A stretch of DNA of 64,000 nt from an uncultured Chthonomonadaceae bacterium (GTDB taxonomy: Bacteria > Armatimonadota > Chthonomonadetes > Chthonomonadales > Chthonomonadaceae), in contig CAWIEK010000049.1 in the NCBI GenBank assembly GCA_963835065.1, positions 352,001 through 416,000 of the forward strand, read 5' to 3'. Made by a program: the position numbers and the translations under genes. The notes below the pieces were generated by a model. The model had not been told where the DNA came from. It did no database searches and worked only from the letters and a program-made list of their open reading frames with translations. The number at the start of each line of letters is the position of its first letter. Position 1 is the stretch's first letter. Below are positions 47,572 through 57,953 of this stretch, piece by piece.

Positions 47572-48790
47572 TCACAAAGTATGAACGTCCCATAATTCTA
47601 CAGCACAGAAATAGCAAACAGCTATTTTTCGGCCATCGGGCGTAAAACACATCTGCTTGGGACCGCAGAAACCCTCATTGCTTGTACGGGTTTCAGTCCG
47701 CCAACGAGCAATCTGCCTGCCCGAACTCACATCCCACAGACAAAGCAGAGTTTCCAATGGACTACCAAACAGATGGTTTTGCCACTCCACGCTCACCGTT
47801 CCAGAATGCGACTGTTCGGCGAGAAGGTGTAGCAGAAGTCACTTTTCGATGATTGGGACGGGGGTGTATAGTTCTATTTGCGCCTTTAACCGCCCAGAAG
47901 CCACATCCCACAGCCGCATCACATAGGTCTCCGATGTAGCAGGATCAAGAACATCATCCACCGTGATCAATGTCCGACTGTCTGGGGAAAAGGTAAGTTT
48001 TCTCAATAAACTCTGGTGTCCACCACACTGATGCTGCAAATTCCATACACACAGCCCGTTCTCTTCCTCCATTTCCCAGAGATGGACCTGAGTGCTGGCA
48101 GTCGCAAGCCACTTGCCATCCCCCGAAACCTCCAGATTCTCGATATACTCTTCTTTGGTGACTTCGGGTGGATTGCCGATAAACGTAGCCAGTTTAGCGC
48201 CTGTGCGCAGATTCCCAGATGTAAACCCGATCCCTTTCATCATACACATAACTGACACCGGCCAATCGTTGATCACCGGGCAGGAATTGAACGGAGAAAA
48301 CCTCACGAAAATGATGGCTTCTAATGCTACCATCTTCGTAACGGAATTCTTCCGCTTCATCATCTTTTCGCAACACTATCAAGGGTTACTCGGTTGCGAG
48401 ATCTACGACAACTCCAACGCCCCCATCAGAGCGGACTAACCGCTGACTGACGGCCAACCTCTTTCCCTGGGTATCGAATGCAAGTCCATAGTAATAGGGA
48501 GTGTTACCACCGGAAATGTTGTGTAGAAGTGTCTGCTTTCGTTCTCCCGTATAAGCGTCCCACAAACACACGTAATCTCCATGAGTTGTAGCAAGGGTCG
48601 GTTCTATTGGAGAGAAGGTAAAGTTATATAGGAAAGGTTCCTCAATCTGTACTTGTAGTTGACCGGTATCTGCATTCCAAGTCAGAAGTTGCTCTCCCTT
48701 GGTGGCAAGTAGACAACTATCAGCAGAGAAAGTCGCCTCAATGTATGTATTCGGATGAGGAAGTACAATCGGTTCAGGGAGGTTGTTCAT
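47572..48790 (-). pseudogene. Fragmented WD40-repeat protein
   Basis: WD40 units (FSPDSRTL, RLWDVASG, FTPDGRKIAV..VELWDV) split across four ORFs. Confidence 0.75.
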
Positions 48791-49077
48791 AGGTAGAGCC
48801 GGAGTGTCATTTCAGCGACATTTATAATCCATAAGGGGCGCAAGTTTATCTGGTTGCTGCGATTGCTGAACATTATACCTATCACGTCAGTACAAAATTC
48901 ACTATTGCCTGCTCGTCTCTTACTAAGACTGATGTAATGTTCGCCTGCCTTTAAGTTATTGAGAACGGCCATTCTCATAACCTGATTCATAAGAGTTGTA
49001 TCTGCATCTCTGCTCACTTCGACAAGAACTACTCTAGACAGGCCAGCAGATTTCAAGCGACTTTGCTCCTACAGCAG

Positions 49078-49296
49078 TTAGAAAGCATCTAATGTAGAAG
49101 GCGACACGGGTGGCTGTAATGCTATGAGTTTCATGTACAAACTGCTGCCCTCGTCACGTAGATCATCGTCTTCAGGATGATTGCGCAGGCAGTCCCTCAA
49201 CAACACATTCACGGTTTCACATTCCTTCAGTGTATGCGCTTCACATATCGCTTCGCTGACTTGATCTCGCGTCATGTTTCGAGCCTCCCGCGCCAC
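49078..49296 (-). CDS. Small hypothetical protein; 3' part duplicated at 47468-47507
   Basis: DLRDEGSSLYMKL encoded in both places with only synonymous differences. Confidence 0.55.
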   Translation of the reverse strand: MAREARNMTRDQVSEAICEAHTLKECETVNVLLRDCLRNHPEDDDLRDEGSSLYMKLIALQPPVSPSTLDAF

Positions 49297-49309
49297 ATTG
49301 CTTTTAGGG

Positions 49310-49663
49310 CTACAACGGCGAAGCAGGCTGTGCCGGTTTTCCCTGATGCTCCAAGCGGGCTACCGTCGCATCAAGTTCTGCAACCACCAGGAATTCGAGT
49401 TCCTGACGCTCCTGCTGAGTCAGTATTGCGCGGCGAACAAGCAATTCCTGCATACGATCCTGCTGCGCTTGCGAAAAGAAGGCGTCCGGGCCGAAACGCT
49501 GAATCAGGATGGCGGTTTCGCGCATTTCCTCGCCCCAATCTGCTGTCAAGGCGTCAAGCGCCTCTCCCATCGTACGCCCAACCGCCTCCTTCTCTCCCGC
49601 TGTGGCGCGGAAGCGAGGAACATCCAGCGGCAAACAATCGCGGCGAATGGATACAGCCGTCAT
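49310..49663 (-). CDS. Hypothetical protein
   Basis: Protein-like ORF (GRTMGEALDAL…PDAFFS..QQ.RMQEL…ELDATVAR). Confidence 0.6.
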   Translation of the reverse strand: MTAVSIRRDCLPLDVPRFRATAGEKEAVGRTMGEALDALTADWGEEMRETAILIQRFGPDAFFSQAQQDRMQELLVRRAILTQQERQELEFLVVAELDATVARLEHQGKPAQPASPL

Positions 49664-49849
49664 AATCTTTTTCTTTCTTCGATGGAGATGCATTTCTCAA
49701 GTTACGGAATCACAAATGTACCACCGGCATTATAGCAAAATTAAACGTATCGCGCAATAGTCAATGGACGAGCCTGTTTTGAATCGGAATAGTTTGGTAT
49801 ACTCTACATAGCGGTTCGGCAGCGTGTCGGCGCAGGCAAAGGAGGTTGC

Positions 49850-50101
49850 ATGAAAGTTCTCAAACGTCCGCATCGTTCCGGTTCTGTAAGAATAACTCCC
49901 AACAAGTCCTCCCCGGCGTCCGCTCCTCAATCGGAGGAAATCGCCGCAACTTTGCTGCCTCCTGCAAGTACGGCAAAGGCGACGAAATCGCACCCCTTAT
50001 CGGATGTCCTCGGAACGTTCGGGGGAGAAGCGTGGGAAGAACACCGCGCCATGCTCCTGAAACTGCGTCAGGCGGATGCGGAAGACGAAACCCTGGAATA
50101 A
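49850..50101 (+). CDS. Putative antitoxin
   Basis: AAGGAGG RBS; small ORF directly upstream of a PIN gene. Confidence 0.65.
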   Translation: MKVLKRPHRSGSVRITPNKSSPASAPQSEEIAATLLPPASTAKATKSHPLSDVLGTFGGEAWEEHRAMLLKLRQADAEDETLE

Positions 50102-50105
50102 CGGC

Positions 50106-50558
50106 ATGTATCTCCTGGACACAGACAGTGTGACGAACGGCTTCGATATACGACGCTCACAGCCTTACCTTCGAGCGCGGACCGAAGCCGAACCAATCAC
50201 AAATTTACATGTCAGCATGATAACGCTTGGAGAGATTTGTCGCGGTTGGCTGGCGCTGCTCAACGAAGCGCGTAAACACCCTCGTAAGGGCGCGAAAGTT
50301 GTCGAGTATTACACCCTGTTTCAGCGCGAGATCGAGAGTATACAGCGTTATCGCCTGCTCCCTTACAATGACGCGGCAGAGACTGCTTACAATGCTCTGC
50401 CTGCCGAAATCAGAAGACAGCACCCGCTTGATTGCCATATAGCCGCCATTGCATTGACAAATGACTTGATTGTTGTCACGGGCAACTTGCAGCACTTCCA
50501 AAAAATTCCCGGCCTCAAATGCGTAGATTGGACATTGGCTCCAAACATTTCTGAGTAG
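50106..50558 (+). CDS. vapC: PIN-domain (VapC) toxin
   Basis: MYLLDTD, ITLGEI, DCHIAAIAL…VVTGN..HF..IPGL..DW. Confidence 0.9.
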   Translation: MYLLDTDSVTNGFDIRRSQPYLRARTEAEPITNLHVSMITLGEICRGWLALLNEARKHPRKGAKVVEYYTLFQREIESIQRYRLLPYNDAAETAYNALPAEIRRQHPLDCHIAAIALTNDLIVVTGNLQHFQKIPGLKCVDWTLAPNISE

Positions 50559-50727
50559 ATTTGCAGAACACCTGTCAAGTATCGCAGGCATTACGCCAAT
50601 TGGTCCTCAGTTCTTCCATGCGTTGCTGCTGCATGATCGCGCAAATTCAAATTTTGAGTATCGCGCAAATAGTCAATGGACGGCCTATATGAAAGAAACA
50701 GAAAAAAGCAAAATAACGCCAAAACAG

Positions 50728-50756
50728 TGAACCTTTTGCCCCATTCCCCTGTCTAA
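50728..50756 (+). promoter_or_regulatory. Putative ECF-sigma promoter, copy 2
   Basis: TGAACCTTT…CCTGTCTAA, same spacing as 15458-15486. Confidence 0.5.
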
Positions 50757-50840
50757 ATAGTACAAGTGTCTACTATACAGACCGGAAGGTTGAACGCTGG
50801 CAGTTCCTCATCAACTATCAACTATCAACTATCAACTAAG

Positions 50841-50984
50841 AAGGGAGGTGCAAAGCCTATGTTTCACCCCTCTCGTTCGCCCTGACGCTTACGAGGTCAC
50901 GACGCCTCTCTCCTACAACTTGACACAATGAGACATCGGGCTGGAAGCGCTGTATTGCCAAGATTTCGACGATCTCTCTACATA
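50841..50984 (+). repeat. 144-bp conserved element, copy 2 (micro-ORF MFHPSRSP)
   Basis: Matches 15526-15669. Confidence 0.85.
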
Positions 50985-51275
50985 TCCTTTTTTCTTTCTC
51001 TGCCTATTTTCATCCTTCATCCTTCATCCTTTGCTTGCGAAGGAGGTTGTAGGAAAGTTCTCAGTTGCCTGTTTTCTCTTGGTGTTCCTGGCGTCTTGGT
51101 GGTGAAAAGTTACTCACATTCTATTCTGCCCGGTCTGCTTTCCGTATTCGGACACGCTGTTCCTGCCTGCGTGACACACATTCTCTCGTTTTGGGACACG
51201 CTTTCGGACACAAGCCCTGCCGTAAACTGGCTGTAGGTCTCGAAACCGCATTACGCTTTACGGGAGGTGTCCCTG

Positions 51276-53411
51276 ATGTTCCGATTGTTCCGCCGCGTGG
51301 CGCTTCTTTTGCTTTGTCTTATCGCCTTGTTCTGTGCGATGGACGCCCGAACGCAGGTGACGCTCAAACCCAACGGGCGCAATGCGGTTCCCCTGCGCGC
51401 CAAAGCGATACAGGCCAACATTGCCATTGAAGGCCAGTACGCCGTCAACAAACTCGCGCTCGTCTTCCAAAACGAAACGTCCGAGCGGATTGAGGCGGAT
51501 TTTATCTATACGCTGCCTCCCAACACGCTTGTTACCGCCTTCGCCTACTGGTACGGAAACGAAAAAGTCATTGCCCATGTGGTCGAGAAGCAGGAAGCGG
51601 CGGCGATCTACCGGCACATTACCACGCGGATGCGGGACCCCGCCCTTGTGGAAATGGTCGGCAAGAACTCGTTTCGCGCCCGCATTTTCCCGGTCATGCC
51701 CAACAGCGATTTGAAAGTGGAAATGACGCTGGTACAAACGCTGCCTTCCGACGCGCAGGGCGCGAGTTACACGTTTCCGCTGCAAACGCCGCGCGGGAGC
51801 GCTTTGGATTCGGTTGATGTGAATGTACACGTCACGTCCGGCGGAGAAATAACGCGCGTCACCAATGCCAACGGTCTGCCCGTTTCGCGCAGTTCGCGCG
51901 GCTACGACATTCGGCTGCATGGAACCAATTATCGCCCGCAGCAGGATTTACAAGTCCGCCTGCATCGTTCCCCGGCTGCCCTGCGCGCTGTCTTATACGC
52001 CGCCCCGTCCACGCGGGGCAAGGATGGCTTTTTCGCGCTCGCCCTGACCCCCAACCGCCCGCTTGCCAATCCTCGCGTCCGTATTCAGGGCGTCACCATT
52101 TATCAGGCCGTGCCGGACGACAAAGCCGCGATACAGGCCAATCAGGTTTACATGCTGACAGGGCGCTACAAGGGGAGTGGCAAAGCCAGAGTTATACTGA
52201 CCGGTACGACGGCAGCCGGCGAAGTCATGCTGACGCAAAAACTGCTTTTCCCCGCGCGCAACATTCCGAACAATCTTGCTACCAAACTGTGGGCAGCGGC
52301 TTACATGAACACCTTGAGCGCCGACAAGCGCAACCGCGCGACGGTTATCGCACTGAGCAAGCGTTTTGGGATGCCGAGCCGCTTCACGTCCTGGCTTGCC
52401 GTGCCAGCCATGGAAATGCAGCGTTACGAAAAAGAGATTTCAGAAGCGAAGCGCGAACCGATCACGCGCCGGCTTGCCGAAGAAGTCCTGAACAACCGGC
52501 CCGATAGCCCCACAGCGCGGAAACTGCGGGAGCAACTGCGCCTGCTGTGCCGCAAAGTCGGCCAGGACCCCGCTGCCGCACTGGACAACTACTTTGAATA
52601 CCGCTTCAACCACGTCGGCGAAACCCTGTCGGACCTGTACATCCGCCATGCCGAAAACACGTCCGAAGCGCGCAAACTGCGGCTGGAACTGGAGCGGATC
52701 GAGCAATACAAACACCATGACGGCGAATTTACCAATTTTGTCGCGTTCTGGGTGGTGAACCAGAAGCTGCAGGCGCTCGGCGAGGAAATCGCTTCGCGGG
52801 GAGAGGCCACTCCCGAAGCCACCCAAATCCATCAGGAAATGGAGCGCCTTGCCCGGCTGACCGGCCTGAACGCGCAGGATTACATCCATCCGGGAATGAG
52901 CGCGCGGCACGGCGACCCGCTTCTCAGCATCCAGGCGCCACAGGACGCGCAGCAGGTAATCGCCATTCTGCCCGGTGGAGAAATCAAGCGGCTGGCGTAC
53001 AATGCCGCGTCCCGCCACTGGGAAGCCCGTTTCGACATTCCCACGTATGCGGCGGAGGGCGCGTACAGCATCAAGATCGTGATTGTGCTTGCCGACGGGA
53101 CGCGCAAAATGCAGGTGTTCCATTATCGCGTGGATATTACGCCGCCTACGGGTTCCGGCCACGCGCAGGCCATTGTGTCCGCGCATCCGGCCCTGCGCCT
53201 TGAACTGGAAGCAAGCGCGGACACCGCCCGCGTCAAGGCGCTGCTTCCCTGGGGCGAACAGGTGAATTTGCAGCCCGGCGCGCAGCCCCACCACTTCTTC
53301 GCCCTCGTTCCCCTGCCATCTCATCTAATGGCTGCCAAAGGCGCTGTCACCTACATTCTCACGGACAGCGCCCACAACCGAACGACCTTTACAATAGATA
53401 TGGAGCAGTAA
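51276..53411 (+). CDS. Exported VIT (vault inter-alpha-trypsin) domain protein lacking a vWA domain
   Basis: Signal peptide; F.N….IEADF.Y.LP, A..IY…RDPAL.E, RIFP; KLWA, SRFTSWLA. Confidence 0.8.
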   Translation: MFRLFRRVALLLLCLIALFCAMDARTQVTLKPNGRNAVPLRAKAIQANIAIEGQYAVNKLALVFQNETSERIEADFIYTLPPNTLVTAFAYWYGNEKVIAHVVEKQEAAAIYRHITTRMRDPALVEMVGKNSFRARIFPVMPNSDLKVEMTLVQTLPSDAQGASYTFPLQTPRGSALDSVDVNVHVTSGGEITRVTNANGLPVSRSSRGYDIRLHGTNYRPQQDLQVRLHRSPAALRAVLYAAPSTRGKDGFFALALTPNRPLANPRVRIQGVTIYQAVPDDKAAIQANQVYMLTGRYKGSGKARVILTGTTAAGEVMLTQKLLFPARNIPNNLATKLWAAAYMNTLSADKRNRATVIALSKRFGMPSRFTSWLAVPAMEMQRYEKEISEAKREPITRRLAEEVLNNRPDSPTARKLREQLRLLCRKVGQDPAAALDNYFEYRFNHVGETLSDLYIRHAENTSEARKLRLELERIEQYKHHDGEFTNFVAFWVVNQKLQALGEEIASRGEATPEATQIHQEMERLARLTGLNAQDYIHPGMSARHGDPLLSIQAPQDAQQVIAILPGGEIKRLAYNAASRHWEARFDIPTYAAEGAYSIKIVIVLADGTRKMQVFHYRVDITPPTGSGHAQAIVSAHPALRLELEASADTARVKALLPWGEQVNLQPGAQPHHFFALVPLPSHLMAAKGAVTYILTDSAHNRTTFTIDMEQ

Positions 53412-53415
53412 GCCA

Positions 53416-55134
53416 ATGGGATTCCTGCGCCGTCTACTTCGCGCGGGCGCGCGGCGATGCGCTGAAGCGCTTCGCTGTATGGCCTGCGGCCCGGTGTCCT
53501 GCGGACACAATCTGCTGCGCAAAAATTCGCGTGGGCAGGCGTTAAAATCAGGAGTGACATTGTTCGTTTGCGCTTTGCTGCTTATTGGAGGCTGGCGGCA
53601 TTGGAACGCGCCGCGTCCTGCGTTGCCATCGGTCACGCCCGTTGCGGACGCCGTGTTCACCAGTACGCGCTACACGACCTGCCTGCTGCTGACGCCTGCC
53701 GGGGAGGTATGGGCGGGAACGCTTGGCGGCGTTTTGCGGCGGAATTCTGAGGGAACCTGGCAAAAATTCACGCGGCAGGATGGCTTGCCCTCGCAGGAAA
53801 CCCGACGTTTGGAATGGCGCAACGGCGCGGTCATCGCCACTTTCCCAACCGGCGCAATGGCATGGCAAAACGGCTGCTGGCAATCGGGAACACCGGAAAC
53901 AACACAAACTGAAACGCGGCAAGAAACAGGGCAAATCCTGCCTTTGCTTCCTGACCAGATTTGCGCTGCGACATGGCAGGGACGCCACTATGCGGCAGCG
54001 CTTGACGGCCTTTACACGCTGGAAAAAGGCAAATGGCAATCCCTGCCGCAGCCGCCGTCCAACGGTACGCACATCAGCGCATTGCTGTCCGAAGATGCCG
54101 CGCTGTTTGCCGCTGTGTTCGGGGACGGATTGTGGGCATGGAATAATCGGCAATGGGCGCGGGTCAACATAGATTTGCCGACTGAAGCGCGCGAAATTAC
54201 AACACTGGCGGGCAGTCTGGAGCATCTATGGCTTGGAACGCGGCGGGCAGGCGTTTGGGAGTATGCGGCAGGACGCTGGATAGCGCATCAACTGCCCCAC
54301 GAACCCATAAACCACAACTGTCAGGCATTGCGCATGGTGGGCGATTCGCTGTGGGTCAGTACACTCGAAGACGGTATGGCCGTTCGCGCGCCCACAGGCT
54401 GGGGTCATTACAATGCGGGCGCAATCTCCTCCAACGCGCCGCGCCAGATGGTGATGTTCGGCAGCGCCCTGTATTTACGGCACGGCAACGGCAAGGTGGA
54501 TCGGCTTCGAGGCGGCAAATGGGAGCGTAACGTTTGTGGCGCATTGCCGCGCCGGGAAGTGTCGGCGCTGGCCGCAGACGAACACCACTTATACGCGGCG
54601 CAATGGGGCGGTTGGAGCGAGTTCGACGGGCAGGCGTGGACGCATCATCTCGATCTGCCGGAGTTGCAGGGGCTTCCTATCACCGCCCTCTGCCCACAGT
54701 CCGACAAACTCTGGATCGGCACACAGGGGCGCGGACTGGCGGAATTTTCGCGCCCTTCCCACACCCTGCGCTGGCACGACGAGCGCAATGGACTGACCGA
54801 CGATTGGATCACAACCCTTGCCTGCGTCAACGGCAAAATCTACGCGGGAACCTTCGTCGGCGGGCTGTCTGAGTGGAACGGCGCAACGTGGACTTCCCCG
54901 ACAGCGTTAAAAGGCGAAAACATCACCGCGCTGGAACCCGACAACAGCGGCGGCCTTTATATCGCCACAAGGCATGATGTGTGGCGAGAAACACAGGACG
55001 GCTTACCGCATTCGCTTCGCCCTGCCTTCCCCGCGATATGTTCGGAAGCGCAGGCGCTTTGCCGCGTACCCGGCGGCTTGTGGATTGGAACCCGCACTGG
55101 ATTGGTATTTTGTACAGACGATACGTTACGTTGA
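53416..55134 (+). CDS. Membrane-anchored beta-propeller (two-component-regulator propeller repeat) protein
   Basis: Repeated LW.GT..GL and DGLP/NGL.DD.IT.L units. Confidence 0.8.
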   Translation: MGFLRRLLRAGARRCAEALRCMACGPVSCGHNLLRKNSRGQALKSGVTLFVCALLLIGGWRHWNAPRPALPSVTPVADAVFTSTRYTTCLLLTPAGEVWAGTLGGVLRRNSEGTWQKFTRQDGLPSQETRRLEWRNGAVIATFPTGAMAWQNGCWQSGTPETTQTETRQETGQILPLLPDQICAATWQGRHYAAALDGLYTLEKGKWQSLPQPPSNGTHISALLSEDAALFAAVFGDGLWAWNNRQWARVNIDLPTEAREITTLAGSLEHLWLGTRRAGVWEYAAGRWIAHQLPHEPINHNCQALRMVGDSLWVSTLEDGMAVRAPTGWGHYNAGAISSNAPRQMVMFGSALYLRHGNGKVDRLRGGKWERNVCGALPRREVSALAADEHHLYAAQWGGWSEFDGQAWTHHLDLPELQGLPITALCPQSDKLWIGTQGRGLAEFSRPSHTLRWHDERNGLTDDWITTLACVNGKIYAGTFVGGLSEWNGATWTSPTALKGENITALEPDNSGGLYIATRHDVWRETQDGLPHSLRPAFPAICSEAQALCRVPGGLWIGTRTGLVFCTDDTLR

Positions 55135-55135
55135 T

Positions 55136-55234
55136 TGTCTTGAACCATGATTTATGTGATTATTAGGATTAACATGATGAGACGTGCCACAATCATGGTA
55201 ATCATCTAAATCACATAAATCATGGTTCAAGACA
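55136..55234. repeat. Inverted repeat between convergent genes
   Basis: TGTCTTGAACCATGATTTATGTGATT … AATCACATAAATCATGGTTCAAGACA. Confidence 0.8.
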
Positions 55235-55236
55235 AA

Positions 55237-57905
55237 TCAATGCAGCACAATCGTCAGTTCCTGCCCCTCCATAATAACGGCGAGATTGCTGAAGCGTAGG
55301 CGCGTTCCTTCCGCGTCCGCTTCAAGGGAACATTCAATGTCGGAGCCGTTTATTTGTGCCGTCACGCTTGTCGCTCCTGTTGCCGGAAGCGTCAAAACAG
55401 CAAGTTGCATTGTGCCCCATGCGACATGCAATTGCGCCGTAAGCGTCTTTTCCGTTCGGGTCAGGGTTGCGGTTCCCCAGCCTGTCGCCGTGATGCAGAA
55501 CGCGCGAAACTCGCTGTCCATCAGGCGCGGCTTGATAGTTAATTCGTGTGTGGAAGCGTCGTATTGATAGCCACAGGCCGCGTCCAGCAAGGCCCAACTC
55601 GACAGGGCGCGAATATAATGGTCGCCGCACTCCACATCGTTCCACGGGCTGCGCCGCTGCGCCATTATAGCGCTGCCGGACGGCGCGTAAAATCGCCAAA
55701 CCTTCCGCTGTCATGCCTTCGTACAAGCACAGGGCGGCTACTTCGTATTCAATGCCCGTCCAGATTTCATCGGAGTACAGCGTCGGCACGGGCGGGCGTC
55801 CGCCATTGCGGCCACGAGCAGATTAACACGCCCGGTTCATCGTCGCAGGCGTACACGCGCGGTATCTGCTTATGTCCAACAAAATTCTGGCGGAAATTGT
55901 ACTTGACGATGCTTTGCGCGGCCTGCTTAACACGCTCAGGCGGCAGAACGTGTCCCAATCCCAACGTATGCGCCCACCATTGCCCGAACAAATGATCCGA
56001 ATGGCAGCCCGCGCCGTAGTTTTGTTCCGGGTTTGTTTCGGGGTCATAAATTTGTATCCAGTATTCCCCGTTCCAAAGCAGGTCATTGTATCCCATCCGG
56101 CCTTTTTCAAAGCGTTCGCGGTATGCCTGCGCCAGTTCGCTCTCACCCTGCAATTTCGCCATTTCTTCCGACGCGCGCAGCGCCGCGAGGTACAGCGTCC
56201 CGATAAACGTGTTCGGGCCGAAAATGGAAATATCGTAGGTGTTGGGCTGCTCGCCCCGAATAACGCCGTCTTGTTCCGCATCGTGGACGGTCATAACATG
56301 CCGCATGGCCTGTGTGATTTTGGGCCACGCGCTTTTCAGCCAGTCCGGGTCAGGATTGCGCCGATGTTCCCGGTAGGTTTTCAGAACCATGCTCAACAGG
56401 CCGTCAAGAGCAGGCTTTTCCGGCCCGCCAATCGCCCGTTCCCACGGACGCGGCAGGTACAGCGGCAGGGTGACGCGGTGTGGCAGATACCCGCTCGGAT
56501 GCAGTTGGTGAAACAATTCCGTTTCGCGCATGGCGCGTTCCAGATCGGGAAACAGCGCGGACAGGCTCATCTCGTACGCGAACACATGGGTACAATTCAT
56601 GGGACAGCAGCCGCCCGATGCTTGCCAGTTCGTGCTTGCCCCACAGCAGCCTTCAAACCCGAAAAAACGCCCGTCTTCCGTCCACAAACACGTCGGGGTA
56701 CGAATAATGGACATTTGCGAACCAACAACATCCAAAATTTCATACGGCAGGGTGCTGTCATAAAACGTGTCTCGGAATCGGCGCGTGACGGCATCCAGCC
56801 GTTCAAAGTTGTCGCGAATATGCTCCACAACGGCTGCCGCCCCGCCAAATCGCTTGTTGTACGCATTGCCCTGCCAGAACAGGCTTTTGCGGTCTTCCAC
56901 GCCGCTGAACCCCTGTCCCCAATCCACATAGCGATTGGGAAAATGCCAGGCAAGCGCGAACGTCACGGTTTTAGTTTCGCCCGGTTCCAGCCGGAGGGGA
57001 ACGGAAAGAGCGCCGTTCACGGTTCTGCCGTCAGGCGTTGGCGAGGGGGCAGGAACATTCGCCAGCGCGGGCGCATTGCGCGTAAAATCGTTCCAGAACG
57101 TAAGCGGGTCGCTCCACGCGGCGCAGGCGTTGGCGTTGTCACTCAGCGCGGCAAGGCACAGCGAACCGTTACGCGAATGATTGGCCGACAGCTTGACGTT
57201 TTCCATAACAACGGCTGTCAAGCCGCGCAGTTTAAGAATGTGGTTCAGATTGCCGCCGTACCCCGCACATTCTACGCCCGCAATGTTCTGTAGGCCGTCC
57301 CACCCGACAAAGTTTTGCAGCGTGGCCGCGAAATGAACGTTTGCAGGCCGTTGGGCAGGATTATGCGCCTTAAACTGAAACACGACGGCAGGCAGCCCCG
57401 ATGTTTCCGCATCAAGTGGGCAAAACGGCGAATACGCGGTCAGCGAAATGTCAATGGGCAGCGCCTCGTCAATATACGTCACTTCGGCAAGGGGATACTC
57501 GCCCACAAACTCCGTTGCCTGTACGCCGGGCAGGGCTTCCAGCAGTTTCCTGCACTCATCAGGAACCACGTAATCGTTAACAGAGGGTATCGGCGCGAAC
57601 TCCTCTTTGTAAAGCGCCCCGGATTGCAAAACGCGACTGACTGCCGCCTGCCCCTCCCGCTGCGCCCGGACGGCAAAAAAACTATGCGGCACAAACGCCA
57701 GATGGTTGACCGCATTGTTCAATTGCCACTGCCGCAAACTGCCATCCCCGCACAGGGCTATGCTGCCCGTTCCAATGCCGCCAAGTGGCATCGCCACCGC
57801 CCGCAATCGTTCCCCCGCATAGCGCGGCGCAGCCGTTTTCCTATTTACATTTGAATCATCCAATTTTCGCTCCCCTGCCCTAAAATCAAAACACGCCTTT
57901 TCCAC
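55237..57905 (-). CDS. GH116 (GBA2-like) beta-glucosidase, two apparent +1 frameshifts (near 55808 and 55657)
   Basis: AMPLGGIGTG, FFGFEG, NCTHVFAYE, NTYD, LWNGEY, SDEIWTGIEY, PWNDVECGDHY.RALSSW over three ORFs. Confidence 0.88.
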
Positions 57906-57953
57906 ACCAACAAGAAGGATACAGGCATCGGCCTGTCGAAAAATCGCTCAACT

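Noticed and set aside
48787..49056. 89-aa minus-strand ORF
   Set aside because: No motif, weak start, and located in a decayed region
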